From Malacoraja senta (taxonomy: Eukaryota): a stretch of DNA of 64,000 nucleotides. Location of the stretch: contig CM075980.1 of NCBI GenBank assembly GCA_038087875.1, forward strand, positions 22,134,001 through 22,198,000, given 5' to 3'. Below are positions 1 through 12,589 of the stretch, piece after piece. Under the pieces are notes generated by a model that was not told the origin of the DNA, made no database searches, and saw only the letters and a program-made list of their open reading frames with translations. Position 1 is the stretch's first letter, and every line of letters starts with the position of its first letter. The translations under genes and the position numbers were made by a program.

Positions 1-18
1 CTAGGACGGAGCAGCGCA

Positions 19-247
19 TTAAAAGGTCTCATCATCATTGCAGTTGTTTGTCCAATGCCCAAATACCTCACAGGTGTCACAATAGGGGCGTTCATCTTTT
101 CTACTGCCATGGTAAGTAGAATGTGGTGGAAAGTCAGACACCTGAGCTTGTGTGGGGCAATCCTCAGTGTCATGGATGTCAAAGCAATCACATATGTCAC
201 AGAAGAGTCGTGGAGGTGGCTTCTTCTTTGTTTGTGTCTCATCCAAG
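19..247 (-). CDS. CLIP1: CLIP1 last coding exon: two CCHC zinc knuckles and C-terminal ETF motif
   Basis: Translates to [30 protein letters not shown]...[22 protein letters not shown], matching the CLIP-170 C-terminus. Acceptor cttttcag at 249-248, phase 2; TAA at 21-19. Confidence 0.97.
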
Positions 248-853
248 CTGAAAAGAAGACATTTAGCTGATTAATCTCAGTAGTCCTTAATTCTTCAGAA
301 AAGAAACCAGATTTCTCTGCCGCACACATGAAGGTGGAAACGGAACAAGGAAAAATATTTTGGTTTTGATAAACATGGTACATGGTACCGTTTTCTGCTG
401 CTACATATTGTCGTGCAGTTAAGGGCCTGTCCCACGGGCAGGCGACTCCATGCGGCAAGCGCTACCTAACCGGAAGCGGGGGCCGCGTGGAGGTCACGGG
501 GTTGGTCCCACGTAGATCGCCGGAACCGTATGGAGTTGGTCCCGACACCGCGCGGGGCTCCGAAAAACTGACACTGTTCAAAAATTCCGCGCAGCAACGG
601 CCTACCGCCCCGCTGTCGCATCGAGGCTGCGCGCACCGCCTCGACGCCGCGTGCACCGCCTCCGTCAACTCTGGAATTGTTGTGAAGGAAGGAACTGCAG
701 ATGCCCATTTACACCGAAGATGGACACAACAAAAATGCTGGAGTAACTCAGTAGATCAGGCAGCTTCTGTGGACAGGTGGTGTTTCGGGTCGAGTCACCT
801 TCTTCGGACTAAAGTCTTCTGCAGTCTTCTATGGTCTGAGGAAGGGTCTCGAC

Positions 854-964
854 CCGAAACATCACCTACCCGTGTTCACCTACATAAAAACCGAAACATC
901 ACCTACCCGTGTTCACCTACATAAAAACCGAAACATCACCTACCCGTGCTCACCTACATAAAAA
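854..964. repeat. 37-bp tandem repeat x3
   Basis: ccgaaacatcacctacccgtgttcacctacataaaaa at 854, 891 and 928. Confidence 0.95.
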
Positions 965-1009
965 GCGCTTGAGCTTCCAACGGACTTCGCTCGAACTGGA
1001 CGTCCGCGC

Positions 1010-1245
1010 ACCCCCCGCTTCCGGTTAGGTCGCGCTCGCCGCATGGAATCGCGTGCCCGTGGGACAGGCCATACGGTGATCACTCGGCCTCCACGCGGCC
1101 CCCGCTTCCGGTTTGGTTGCGCTTGCCGCATGGAATCGCATGCCCGTGGGACAGGCAGTACGGTGATCACTCGCCCCCCGCATGGCCCCTGCTTCCGGTT
1201 AGGTCGCACTTGCCGCATGGAGTCGCCTGCCCGTGGGACAGGCCC
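1010..1245. repeat. 87-bp tandem repeat x~2.7, each copy containing the transposon right terminus
   Basis: gggacaggc recurs at 1061, 1148 and 1235. Confidence 0.92.
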
Positions 1246-1480
1246 TTAAGCACTCCACACAATTGTTCAATTAAGGCAAGTCATATGGTGTGGACGCATC
1301 ATACCAAATTCAGCTACTACCAAACTGGAGGTGGATCTTCAGTAGGCTGGTCCATTATTCGACACCCTTGAATTATTGACCATGAATACTCTCACTTCTT
1401 TTATTTCCATGCTGTTAGGTCTGCTTTGTTGCTTCATGGACTATTCCAAAGCAAAACGTCTATCTTTGAAACATGTCCCT

Positions 1481-1766
1481 TTAGTTTAGTTTAGGGATAT
1501 CTCAGCCCACCGAGAACACACCAATCACTGACCCCCTGATCACACTTCTGTGCTATCCCAGTTTCACATCCACTCCTTACACACCAAGGCCAATTAACAT
1601 ACAAACTCACACGTCTTTAGGATGTGGGAGGAAACCGGATCATTCAGAAGAACCCCATGCAGTCACAGGGAGAACGTGTAAACCCCACACAGGCAGTACC
1701 CACGGTTAGGATTGTTGCCGAGTCTTTGGTGCTGTGTGGCAGCAGCTCTACCAGCTGTGCCACCAT
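1481..1766 (-). mobile_element. tRNA-derived SINE (elasmobranch HE1/V-SINE-like)
   Basis: Minus-strand head GGTGGCACAGCTGGTAGAGCTGCTGCC, GGTTTCCTCCCACA core and (ctaaa)n tail. Confidence 0.8.
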
Positions 1767-1930
1767 GTATCTTTCTTGAAATATATCTTGGACAACTGTG
1801 TACATCCAGCTATCCTGACCTCTTGTGTCTCCATCTCTTCGTAGCTTAATATCAGGGAGCCACACAGCAAAGTACCAATTGACATATTGTGCCCACATCC
1901 ATAAGACATTTAATCAGCATGTCAACTTAC

Positions 1931-2058
1931 CATTCAAAATTGTTCACATCATCAGCCACATTCCCATTTAGAGATGCTTCAGCCAGTTTTTCTAGTTGTA
2001 CTATCAATTGTTCATTCTTTCTTTGTAAATCCACTATGACGGAGTTCAGGAAATCAAT
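1931..2058 (-). CDS. CLIP1: CLIP1 exon (128 nt)
   Basis: [33 protein letters not shown]..., a conserved CLIP-170 segment. Acceptor ttgcag, donor gtaagt, phase 0 to 2. Confidence 0.95.
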
Positions 2059-2159
2059 CTGCAATTTTAATAAATTAAAGCATGAATAAAAATTGTGTTC
2101 TATAAAAAGAGATTATGCACTCTTGATCAATTACCAGTGCCAGGATAGGAATATGTACC

Positions 2160-2622
2160 AGCTGATCTACATCGGTGAGACCAAGCGGAGGCTTGGCAAT
2201 CGTTTCGCCGAACACCTCCGGTCGGTCCGCAATAACCAACCTGACCTCTCGGTGGCTCAGCACTTCAACTCCCCCTCCCATTCCGTATCTGACCTCTCTG
2301 TCCTGGGTCTCCTCCATGGCCACAGCGAGCAACACCGGAAATTGGAGGAAATGCACCTCATATTCCGCTTCGGCAGTCTACATCCTGGGGGCTTGAACAT
2401 TGAATTCTCCCAATTCTGCTAGCCCTTGCTGTCCCCTCCCCTTCATCAGCCCTCTGGTTGTCTCCTCCCCTCCCCCAGCCCTCGGGCTCCTCCGCCTTTT
2501 TTCCTTTCTTCTCCCCACCCCCTATCAGTCTGAAGAAGGGTTTCGGCCCGAAACGTTGCCTATTTCCTTCGCTCCATAGATGCTGCTGCACCTGCTGAGT
2601 TTCTCCAGCATTTTTGTGTACC
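2160..2622 (+). mobile_element. 5'-truncated Penelope-like element: GIY-YIG endonuclease C-terminal part plus 3' end with hammerhead motif
   Basis: ORF YIGETKRRLGNRFAEHLRSV...VAQHFN...HRKLEEMHLIF...GLN. 14-bp direct repeat taggaatatgtacc at 2146-2159 and 2623-2636. Confidence 0.9.
2530..2557 (+). ncRNA. Minimal hammerhead ribozyme motif in the Penelope 3' region
   Basis: CTGAAGA-A-GGGT(TTCG)GCCC-GAAAC-GTT: CUGANGA and GAAA cores, stem II and a palindromic AACGTT stem III. Stem I is weak. Confidence 0.65.
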
Positions 2623-4756
2623 TAGGAATATGTACCGGTAGGTTTAATTTAAGTAATGAAAGCAGGTCCAAGCTAATTGAGAGAACTATTCCCTAATTCT
2701 CCACTGTCATAGACTGAAACATTTGAGAATGTTAAATTTAGTCATTAGGAGTTGGTCAGTCAAACCATTGATTCTGTAGCCTTTCTGGCAATGAAGGACA
2801 CAGACTAGCACAAAGATAATTTTTTATTGTAATGGAAAATTATAATTTGTCTTAAATAGGATTAGTATTTGAAATGCAGCAAGGTGCAATTATTCTGCAA
2901 AAAATCCCAAACTGTAACAGTTTACAAAACAATTAGCTATTAAAACAACTTGTAATTAAGCTCAGGTGCTTGTATCAAGTGTCCAAAAGTTATTTATAAG
3001 AGCAGAAGCAGGAGCGGGCCATCCAGTTCCTTTTGTCTGCTCCACTGTTTAATAAGAGCATTGCTGATCCTTTTACTAACCTATATCCCTAGATTCCCTT
3101 TAACATCAGAAATATGATCAAATTTTAAAGCACGCACATTAATGACATATTTTCTTCAACTGTGAATCCAATCAAGCTATTAGTACGACATGCAAGTGTT
3201 ATTAAATGTACGTCAAATAATAATTCACAGTCATTGTATGTTGCTTTCTTTACCACATTGCAGCATATTTGTATTTTGTGAAATGATTAATGGAAAGATC
3301 TATTTTAAATATGATCAATAAACAGTCAACGTGCCGGGTTTTAACGTCAGTCCAATATCACAGATGTCCGTATGGGAATTTTGTGCTCAAAATATTTATA
3401 TAATGTTTAATTGGCAAAAATAATCTGAAAGCAAGAGTACAGATGATGCCTACTTGCTCATCTGAACACAAACTTGACCTGCTTCACAAATGTCACTGCA
3501 CCCTTTTGTACATTGCTTTGAATTCCTTGGGAACATGGTAATTATAGATCAAATGACATTTTCCAATTTTAATGTTAAAGCATCATCTAAAATCTTATAT
3601 TAAGGTTATAGATTATAAATTGATCGATAGTATCTATCTTCTTTTGTTGGAAACAATGTAAAATTGGGCACTAATGGCTGGGAAAGTCAGTGAGGCAAAA
3701 TGAGAAGGATTAACTAAAATAAGGCAGAAAAACAATCTAATATACTAACATAATATACCACCTGCATGTTTTTCATGACCCATGGTGAAGGAAGATTTCT
3801 GATAGGGGTACTTTTGTCATGCAATGCAGATCACCAGGATTACTGATTCACAGTAGTTAATTCAACATTTAGTCTTAATGCAAAGTACTCTGACATTCTT
3901 TCTATGCACAGAGGATTAACTTCCATGATTTTAAAGCAATTGCGTCCAAGAGAAAACCGGAAATGTGTTAATCCGTTATATTTCTGGTCATTTTAAAATA
4001 AAGTAAACAAGTTGTTATTTTATTATTTCGTAGCAGTTGACGGCTATTTAGCTGACCTAGGGAGAGTGGGTTGCATAGTTGGAGAGAAGAGCTTTGGAGA
4101 GAAGAGTTTGATAGCATTGGGAGAGGATTTGGGGAATAACATAAACATGGGGTTTGACTCCATTATGGAGAGGAACCTATTGTTTCAGACATTCAGGATG
4201 AAATTTAGCTCAATTAATGGCTTCCCAGTAAGCTCATAACAAAAAGTGAGAATGTTGGACCGAGGTGGGGCAGAGAGAGAAGCAGCAGCAGTAGCAAGGA
4301 AACTGTTGTAGTTGGTCACAATTTTAAATCTAAATATTGTGTTTAAATCCTTGCAATTAATTCCTGGAAATGCATGTCTCAGTTTAAACCTGATTTAAGT
4401 CCAAGAGTTTATATTAATACATTTATGTGCAGAAACCTGTCCACTGCAGCAAGCAATTGAGGGTGAAAAAAACAAACAAACATGCTGATGCAGGAAATCT
4501 GAAGTAAACACAGAAAATGCTGGAAACACTCAGCAGGTTAGATAACATGTCTACACAGAGAAAATGTTAATGTTAATGTTTCAGGTCAGATTTTAAGGAC
4601 ACATTTCCAGCACTTCTTTTATTAATGAAAATAGGGATGTTTACATCATCTACCAAACAATGATGAATGCAATCTACTCAATCTGTGCTCTGAACAATTT
4701 CCATAATAATTTAAATACTTTTAAAGTGTACTTGCTATTGTTGCATTAAATACGTT

Positions 4757-4882
4757 AAGAAAGAACTGCAGATGCTGGAAAAATCAATGGTAGACAAAAA
4801 TGCTGGAGAAACTCAGCCGGTGAGGCACCATCTATGGAGCGAAGGAATAGGTGACATTTTGGGTCGAGACCCTTCTTCAGAC
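4757..4882 (-). mobile_element. Penelope-derived short element with decayed hammerhead motif
   Basis: Reverse complement of the 2529-2622 module; GAAA core mutated to AAAA. Confidence 0.7.
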
Positions 4883-7805
4883 GTTGCAATCAGTATAGTT
4901 CTATCAATGAATAAATGAACAATTCAACAGCTTTAACTGTTAGTTGAGGGTTAACTACGTAGTATAAATTTAGGGCAATTCCAAGGAACATTAGTTTCAA
5001 GAGTGCAGCATTCCTTCAGACCGTGTCACCTTAGATAAGGTGCTCAAATGCTTGGGTCAACAGTGATAGTTCAAATGCCAAGGCTATTTGCCAAGTCCAA
5101 CACTATTGGACAGGGTCATAAATAGATTTTTATCCTGCGCATAACATGTTCAAAGTTTAAATATGAGGAAGATGTCCTCACTGTATAAAGAGCTCAACCT
5201 ACCTCACCCACCTCTCAAATACAGATAGTCTCACCGTGTAAAGAGATGCTCAAAGTGAACTTTATCTGAAATTCATTTTACTTGTCTCTTCAGTTTTACA
5301 AGTAAACTTGAAATACAATCAGATATTGAACAAGGTCACAGAGGGGTATTGCATTGAATTGTTTTACTTAGATGCTAATTAGTTGGCTTTAAAATTTACA
5401 TGGACTACATAAACAATGTAAAACTGCATGGTCTATGAACAGCCACTATAATTCACGATCACCTCTTGGGTGGTGTTTAGACCCTCAACATTGATTAATT
5501 AACTATTTAAAAGACAATGAATAAAGTATAACATTGAAGTATGTATTTTCTGTATATATGTTTACTGCTTTCCCCGTTTATTTAAAATGACAAGTTTCTC
5601 TAGATTGGCCATTTTAAATTAACTGCCCAAGTAGTTTCAATGTGGCAATTTACTAAATTTCTTGCAGTTGATTAACTAGTCTGTTAGTACACTTTGGCGT
5701 ATGTCTACACATTAGTAAGTCTCATTCCAGATATTTTCGCATAAAATTCTTGGCTGTTATTTCAGTGTGTGGCAGTAGGAGTGCCGCACAGTTAGAGGAG
5801 CTGTTTTTTAGGCCTGGTCGGTTCTCTGCAATGGATTTAAATCATCCAGTGGTACCATTTTGTCCAACAGCAAGAGAAATATCCCCAGTCATCTGGCTAG
5901 TATTCTTTAGTAAACAATATTACTACAATCGATTATCTGGTTCTCATATTGCTGATTGTGGGGACCTGCTGTGTGCCAATTACCAATTATGTCACTTATA
6001 TTACAACAGTAACTACACTCAAAGTACTTCATGGTGTATCAAGTGTCTGAGTCAACACAAGGATATGAAAAGTGCTATAGAGCATTAATGGCTTTAAAAA
6101 AAATCAGCATTGTGCAAAAAGCAGCCAATACAAATGTACAGTAAACAGGAATTGAGCACCCATTCAACATAGATTAACTTAATTGATAAACAGGCCATAA
6201 TCTAAAGATTTCACAGCATTCAATAATGCTTAGATCATCCTGAATGATACCTATTCAATGTGTGGGTTTTTTCAATTCACACTTCTGCCTGTTATCTGTC
6301 TGGATTCATGTAAAAGAATGATCTTAGCAATTTTGTAAAAAGATAGAAATCCAGAACACACAAATATGAAGAAAATGGCAAGCAATAACAAACCATTTGC
6401 TGCTTGTCAGAAGCATCGCCAGCATCAAGGAGGGAAACAAAATGGAAAAACAATTAGCATGGTGCAGCACTATTTAACACTATTCAACCAGCTAAAAGTC
6501 AATGTGAAAATTACAGGAATTTTCAGGAAAAGCATACTCAGAATTATAATCAATGGTTTTCAGTGCATTGGTCTTGAAGAAAATAAAGATAACTAGTTTC
6601 ATAAACTTAACCAAGTTATAAATTTCATTGAAATAATAAGTCTGGAAGTGTAAGCAAATATGTTACTGAATTTTGAGCATGAACCATAATGTTGGATTAT
6701 TGGGAAATTATTTTAGTGCTCCATTACTTGGTCAACTATCATGCTGCAAACCATTTTATAGAGGAAGCCACTTGCTGCCTTTCATGCAGTCTCTGGTTTC
6801 ATTTACAGACATCTATTGCTTGCCCTTCAGTGATCAGAAAACCTTCCACAGCACCCGAAAGGAAAAATAACTAATGCCATAGTAAACTATTCTCACATTG
6901 GGAAAAATCTAGGGGGAAAAGCCATATCTGATATGTTACTAATTCTTTCACAAAAGATTGAAATAAATTAGTCCATTTCATCTGCAAATTGAAGATTACA
7001 ATTGATTCTCAGTCAAAATCTGCAGATGTTTCTACGCTTCATGGGAATTAATTCTAATGCAAAGAATATTGTAATTCTTAGAAAGTAAACCAGTTTTGTC
7101 ATAAACTGCAATAAGGTGAAAACTGATTCAATCATTTGTCGAAAGATTAAAAAATATATAGAAATAGCACATTCACAAATGGTTTAGAAAAAAAATGAAG
7201 AATTAAAGTAATCAAATCCATATTATTCAACATTTCAAAGAAACTGGTCTCAGTCTCTTGAACCCACATGATTCACTAGTGATTCACTAAGGAAATCTAC
7301 TGTCCTTAATCTGGGTTACTTGCCAATCCAACCTTACCATTGTGGTTTGTCTTAACTAGTTTAGATGTCAAATATCATTACAACTTTCCCCAAAGAGTTT
7401 TATTAGAAGTGATGCCAGCAGAAGCAGGGACCAAAGTCACCTGTTTTTACTGGTGTAGTGAGTTCAGCAACCTTTTGTTCCATCTCTTTTGTCATTCTCG
7501 TCAATGGTGCCAAGGGTCAGAATGGTCTGTGACCTTTCTGCTAATCTTCACCAGTGGAAGATGATGTCTGGAGGCAAATGGCCATCAAGAAATGACAAAG
7601 TAAATGGTAATTAAACAAAAATTGAAACACAAAATCAAATCACAGGCAGACTGTCAATTTTGTGTTACTTAAATCAAGATGTTCAATGTACACACATTTG
7701 GCTTAACTTTACGATCACAGCTTGAATACATCATTCCTTTTGCTTCAATCTTTTTTTTAAATCAACTCAATTCATGTTGAGAAATTAATAAAAAGATAGA
7801 CTTAC

Positions 7806-7858
7806 CTGGCTCTCAGCAGAATCATTTTCTTCCCTTTGCTCTTCGATAACGTGTTCAC
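7806..7858 (-). CDS. CLIP1: CLIP1 exon (53 nt)
   Basis: (G)EHVIEEQREENDSAESQ. AG acceptor, CAG|gtaag donor; phase 1 to 0 links both neighbouring exons. Confidence 0.88.
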
Positions 7859-9133
7859 CTTTAAATAAAAAGTGAAAGCTTAAAAATGACATGCAAATCC
7901 ACAAAGTGTTCACATTTTTACGAACTACTGAGTCGGATTGCCTACATCAAAACATTGGGAGCAATTGCCGTAAATGCCGTTATTGACATCACTTGATTTG
8001 GCGTGCAAATCATTGACCATTTTCTTTAAAATTGCATGTCCTCTCTGTAGCTCTGCAGGCGACTTTAGAACTGAAGAACCTAACCACGGAAGTCAATCAC
8101 CCTCAGGTCCATGTTCTGCCTTTGCTAGTTCTCAGCCCCTGTTAGTACATATGTATGAGGATGCCTGGTCTGGAGTAATACATTCAAATAGGTTTCAGCC
8201 TGTGTTCTGTAGCACTATTCTTGCACACAAGCCAAAAAATTCAAGCGTGAAATCACACAATCTAGGCTAACATTGTGTGCAGTAGAGTGTGTGGTGCCTT
8301 TCAGGTGAAATATTACTTTAAATCCTGACACCTTTGCAAATGGATGCAAAGATCCCATGGCAACCTTCGAAAGACAGAAGAAATCTTAAGTGCCCAAGCC
8401 AACACCATGAAAACAAACTTAGCAGATTATGCCACTGTTTCAGGAGTAATTTTAACGCTTTCCAACAAAACAGCAAGAGATTCCTGATGCTGGAAATCTC
8501 AATTAAAAACAGAAAATGCTGTAAATACCCCCATAAAATCAGGCAGCATCTTCAAACAGAGAAGCATAGTTCAGGGCAATGATAACAGAGATAATTTAAA
8601 AGGCATTTTATTAACCAAGACTGGGACATTGCGAGGTCAAGCAGGCACCATTTACTATAAAGGCAGGTAAATCCATCTTTTCTTTATTTTCTGAAAAACT
8701 GTTCGAGGCGTTACCTAGCAGGTTAATTAATTCATTTGTGACCATTGTGTAACACATTTTCCACTTCAATCTCAGACATTTACATGACAGAAGGAATCCA
8801 TTCAACAAATCAAAATCATTCTAGCTGAAGTGGTATCCAGTCAAATTGTACTTCCCAATTCACAACCTGCAGCTTTTTAGGTTATCGTATATCAAATGCA
8901 CTTCCAATTTATAAAACATCTAATGCATGTAATTGCCCCTGGCACCTATTCAGGCAGAGTTGCACACCCTCAGCTTTTTCCTCAACTTCTCTCCAATCTT
9001 TTTGCCAATTACCATAAATCTATGTTCTCAAGTTCTTTATAATTCCATACACCTTGATAAAAAATCTTCCTTTTCCTCCCCTACAAGGGAGAAAGAACTA
9101 GCCAATCTTCCCTAAAAACGAATTCCCCAGCAC

Positions 9134-9795
9134 ATTTTAGGGCACCATAATGTTTGGGACACAGCAATGTCATATAAATAAAAGTAGTCATGTTTAGTAC
9201 TTTGTGGCATATTCTTTGCATGCAATAACTGCTTGAAGTCTGCGATTCATGGACATCACCAGTTGCTTCACAAATGCCTCAAAACTCATTGGCCGGCAGT
9301 TCATTCTACAGCAAGACAATGATCCCCAACATACTGCAAAAGCAACAAAGGAGTTTTGCAAAGCTAAAAAATGGTAAATTCTTGAGTGGCCGTCAATCTC
9401 CCGATCTGAACCCAATTGAGCATGACTTTTATATGCTGAAGAGAAAACTGAAGGGGACTAGCCCCCAAAACAAGCATAAGCTAAAGAAGGCTGAAATACA
9501 GGCCTGGCAGAGCATCACCAGAGAAGACACCCAGCAACTGGTGATGTCCATGAATCGCAGACTTCAAGCAGTCATTGCATGCAAATATGCAACAAAATAC
9601 TAAACATGACTACTTTCATTTACATGACATTTCTGTGTCCCAAACATTATGGTGCCCCGAAATAGGGGATTATGTACAAACACTGACAATGTGCACTTTA
9701 ACCACATGTGATTTTTTTCTATTACAAATCTCAAATTGTGGAGTACAGAGGCAAATAAATAAATGTCTTTGTCCCAAACATTATGGAGGGCACTG
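9134..9795 (+). mobile_element. Rearranged partial Tc1 element (3' part plus inverted copy)
   Basis: QQDND...SPDLNPIE...YATKY remnant and right TIR ending cactg|ta. 9134-9267 is an inverted copy of about 9533-9663. Confidence 0.9.
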
Positions 9796-9938
9796 TAAAC
9801 TGAGAAATTGATTAACCAATCCAATCCTAATTTTCATAAAGTAGTTGGAAAGATATAGTGCAAAAATGACAAATCTGCCAACAATCACACAAACTACCAG
9901 TGAATAATATATGAAAATATCAAGACGGGTCTAATTAC

Positions 9939-10098
9939 CTGGAGAGGATGTGACGTTATCAAGTTGTCTTTGGTTATCGTTGATTTTCTTCTCCAGACTC
10001 TGTACCTTTTGTTCAAGTTTTGATTTATCGGATTCCAATGATTGAACTACTGACTGCAATTTCTTTGCCATGGCATTCTCACTTCGCAGCAGAGTAAT
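9939..10098 (-). CDS. CLIP1: CLIP1 exon (160 nt)
   Basis: [38 protein letters not shown]... Acceptor ttgcag, donor gtaatt, phase 0 to 1. Confidence 0.93.
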
Positions 10099-10159
10099 CT
10101 GCAAATCAAGCCGTATTACACAAATGGATGTTTCAGCAGGAAATTAGGAACCATTGGAG

Positions 10160-10465
10160 CGGTACAGAGGCACAGCCGTAGAGTTGCTGCTTAACAGTAC
10201 CAGAGACCCAGGTTCGATCCTGACAGATGTTTTCTGTGTCAAATTTGTACTTTCTCCGTGACTGTGTGCATTTTTCCCGGGTGCTCTGGTTTCCTCCCAC
10301 ATTCTAAACACGTGCAGGTGTGTAGGTTAATTGACTTCTGAAAATTGCCTCTAGTGTGTAGCCTGTGAAACTGGGATAACATAGAACTAGTGTACGGGTG
10401 ACCATTGGTTTACATGGACTTGGTGGGAAGAAGGCCGTGTTTCCACGCTGCATCACTAAACTAAA
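10160..10465 (+). mobile_element. tRNA-derived SINE (HE1/V-SINE-like)
   Basis: A/B-box-like head (gtagagttgctgc...ggttcgatcc), ggtttcctcccaca core and ctaaactaaa tail. Confidence 0.8.
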
Positions 10466-11129
10466 ATTTTAAATGACCATAAAGCCTTTTAAAAAAGGTA
10501 TCTCGGGCACCTCCCTATACATGCAGCACATGACAAGAAATTCAGAATCATTGGTGCAATGAAGCTATCACATGCTTACTTAGAAATTAACATCTTAGTA
10601 CAGCATTCAGTACCGATTCCTTCATTTAGCATTTTAAAATTAAGATTGATTGGCTTTCCACTTGTTTATTTGGCCATATTAAATAACACCCATTGAACCT
10701 AAATCAGTATATTTTATTAATGACATTGAAGTGAAAATTCATACATATGAATATTAATATCTTAATAATGTACCATTAATTTATATTACTTGAACTTTCA
10801 GTTGAACATTGTTTAATGATATCATATGGGAAAAACTGTAGGTTATACGAGGATGTCAGACCTGAGACTCATTGTAACAACACTGTAATCGGAACACTGG
10901 ATTTAACTCCCACTCCTTGAAATTAAGTTGAAATTCTAAATTTCCCAAAACAGTTCTGTCAGAGATGTAATAAAAACTGAAATGAGGCCACTTCTGTCGT
11001 CAAAATATTACTTTGAGAATACATGGCCGCCTTAGAAGCATGGGCATTTTCAATCCTGCAAGCAGTCATCAAGTATCTTAGGCAAGTGACTCAGCTCCTG
11101 GAGTGGGCCACTCCTTTGTGGTGTCACTA

Positions 11130-11450
11130 AGGCACAAGTAGTAAAGCAGTGCTAGAGACCCGGGTTCAATCCTGACTTTGGGTGCTGTCTATGACGGAGT
11201 TCGCATGTTCTCCATGCGAGTTTCCTCAGGCTTCCTCAGACATCTCAAAAACGTGTAGGTAAGTAGGTTAGTTAGCCACTGCAAATTTTCCCTGGAGTGT
11301 AGGCGAGTGATAGAATCAGAGAGCAGGGGAGTTATTCAAAATGAAGGGAAAATAAAACAGATGAATGTAGGATCAATGTAAATAGGTGTTTGATGATTGG
11401 AGTGGACATGATGGGATGGGAGGTCTGTTCCTATACTGTATCTTTCCATT
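11130..11450 (+). mobile_element. Older tRNA-derived SINE
   Basis: gagacccgggttcaatcctgac head and a diverged body of the same family. Confidence 0.65.
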
Positions 11451-12471
11451 AGTTATTTTATGACTCCTGACACTGACATTTTCTCACCATCTCAAGACAC
11501 AAGTCAGGAGTGCGTAATGGAATACTCTCCACTTGCATGCAAAAGTAGTACTCCAACTCAAAGAGCAAGACATTACCCTGGATTAAGCAGCTTGTTTGAT
11601 TGGCATCATAAACTATGCCCCAACTATTCACTCCCGCCAGTATCACAGCAGCATGGTTGCAATGTGCCCATCTACAACATGCACTTCTTATTCCTCTTTT
11701 GGCTTTCCTGACAGAATCATTCAACCTTGCATAACCTACCATCAGCAGGTACATGGTAAGATCATAAAATATAGGAGCAGAATTAGGCCATTTGGCCCAG
11801 AGTCTACTCCACCAATTGATCATGGCTGATCTGTTTTTAACCCCATTCTCCGACCTTCTCCCCATAACCGTTAACAACTTCGATAGCAGCACCATCTGCA
11901 GTTTTCCTCCAGGTTACACACCACACAGCCTTAGAAAACATTGCTGCTCTTTGGACCTTGGACCTTCTTCAACAGCACTGAGAGTTTAGCCAAGGACTAG
12001 GATTGCAGCAGTTCAAGACACTGGCAATTTAAGGACAATTAGGGGTGTGTATTAAATTCTGGGCCTGTCAGCAGTAAAAGATAAAGCAGATTATCATAAC
12101 CTGATTGCTTTTTAAAATGTAAGGGCTTTGGGGTGTACCCTCTTTCTCTACCATAATACAAGTGCAAGCCTTTTTTAATGTAAATATCAGGACCAGCAAC
12201 ATTACTGACCAAGATATAGTCAACTGAACTATAAGTATTTCTATCAACCCCAAATCAGTTTCCTGGCCTGCATGGTCAGACTGCGAAACTCTTATCATTC
12301 ATTTTCATGAACATTTTCACTAGGATTTCTGGCTGTGAATACAGATGATGATCTACAAAACTATTTTGTCAACAATCGCTACTGTTATTTTTGACCAATT
12401 TTTAGTACTTGAACAATTTTTCCCCATTTGCTTGTATATTTCCAATTTTTGCCACCTTTAACAACTTGTAC

Positions 12472-12589
12472 CTCATTCTTGAGTTTCTCTAATTCTTTGT
12501 CTTTATTTGTGATCAAGGCACTGGTAGTAGCGATGGATTTCTGTAAAGAATTTTTGTCGTCTTCAAAGTCTTTCTTTAATAAAGATTCT
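12472..12589 (-). CDS. CLIP1: CLIP1 exon (118 nt)
   Basis: (R)[39 protein letters not shown]. Acceptor ctgcag, donor gtacaa, phase 2 to 0. Confidence 0.93.

Larger units (their letters stand above)
423..1245. mobile_element. Non-autonomous DNA transposon, TTAA-flanked, with terminal inverted repeats
   Basis: ttaa|GGGCCTGTCCCACGGGCAGGCGACTCCATGCGGCAAG at 423 and its reverse complement ending at 1245|ttaa. GC/CpG-rich, no transposase. Confidence 0.85.

Noticed and set aside
854-1245. 37-bp and 87-bp repeats as a CRISPR array, or the 29-aa-repeat ORF (940-1218) as a gene
   Set aside because: The units are contiguous with no unique spacers, in a vertebrate intron. The ORF repeat simply reflects the 87-bp period inside a GC-rich transposon.
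6251-6322. 72-nt cryptic exon after an AG-free tract
   Set aside because: It contains an in-frame stop, has a mediocre donor and has no other support.
10160-10225. tRNA genes at SINE heads
   Set aside because: A/B-box-like motifs are followed by SINE body and tail, with no complete cloverleaf.
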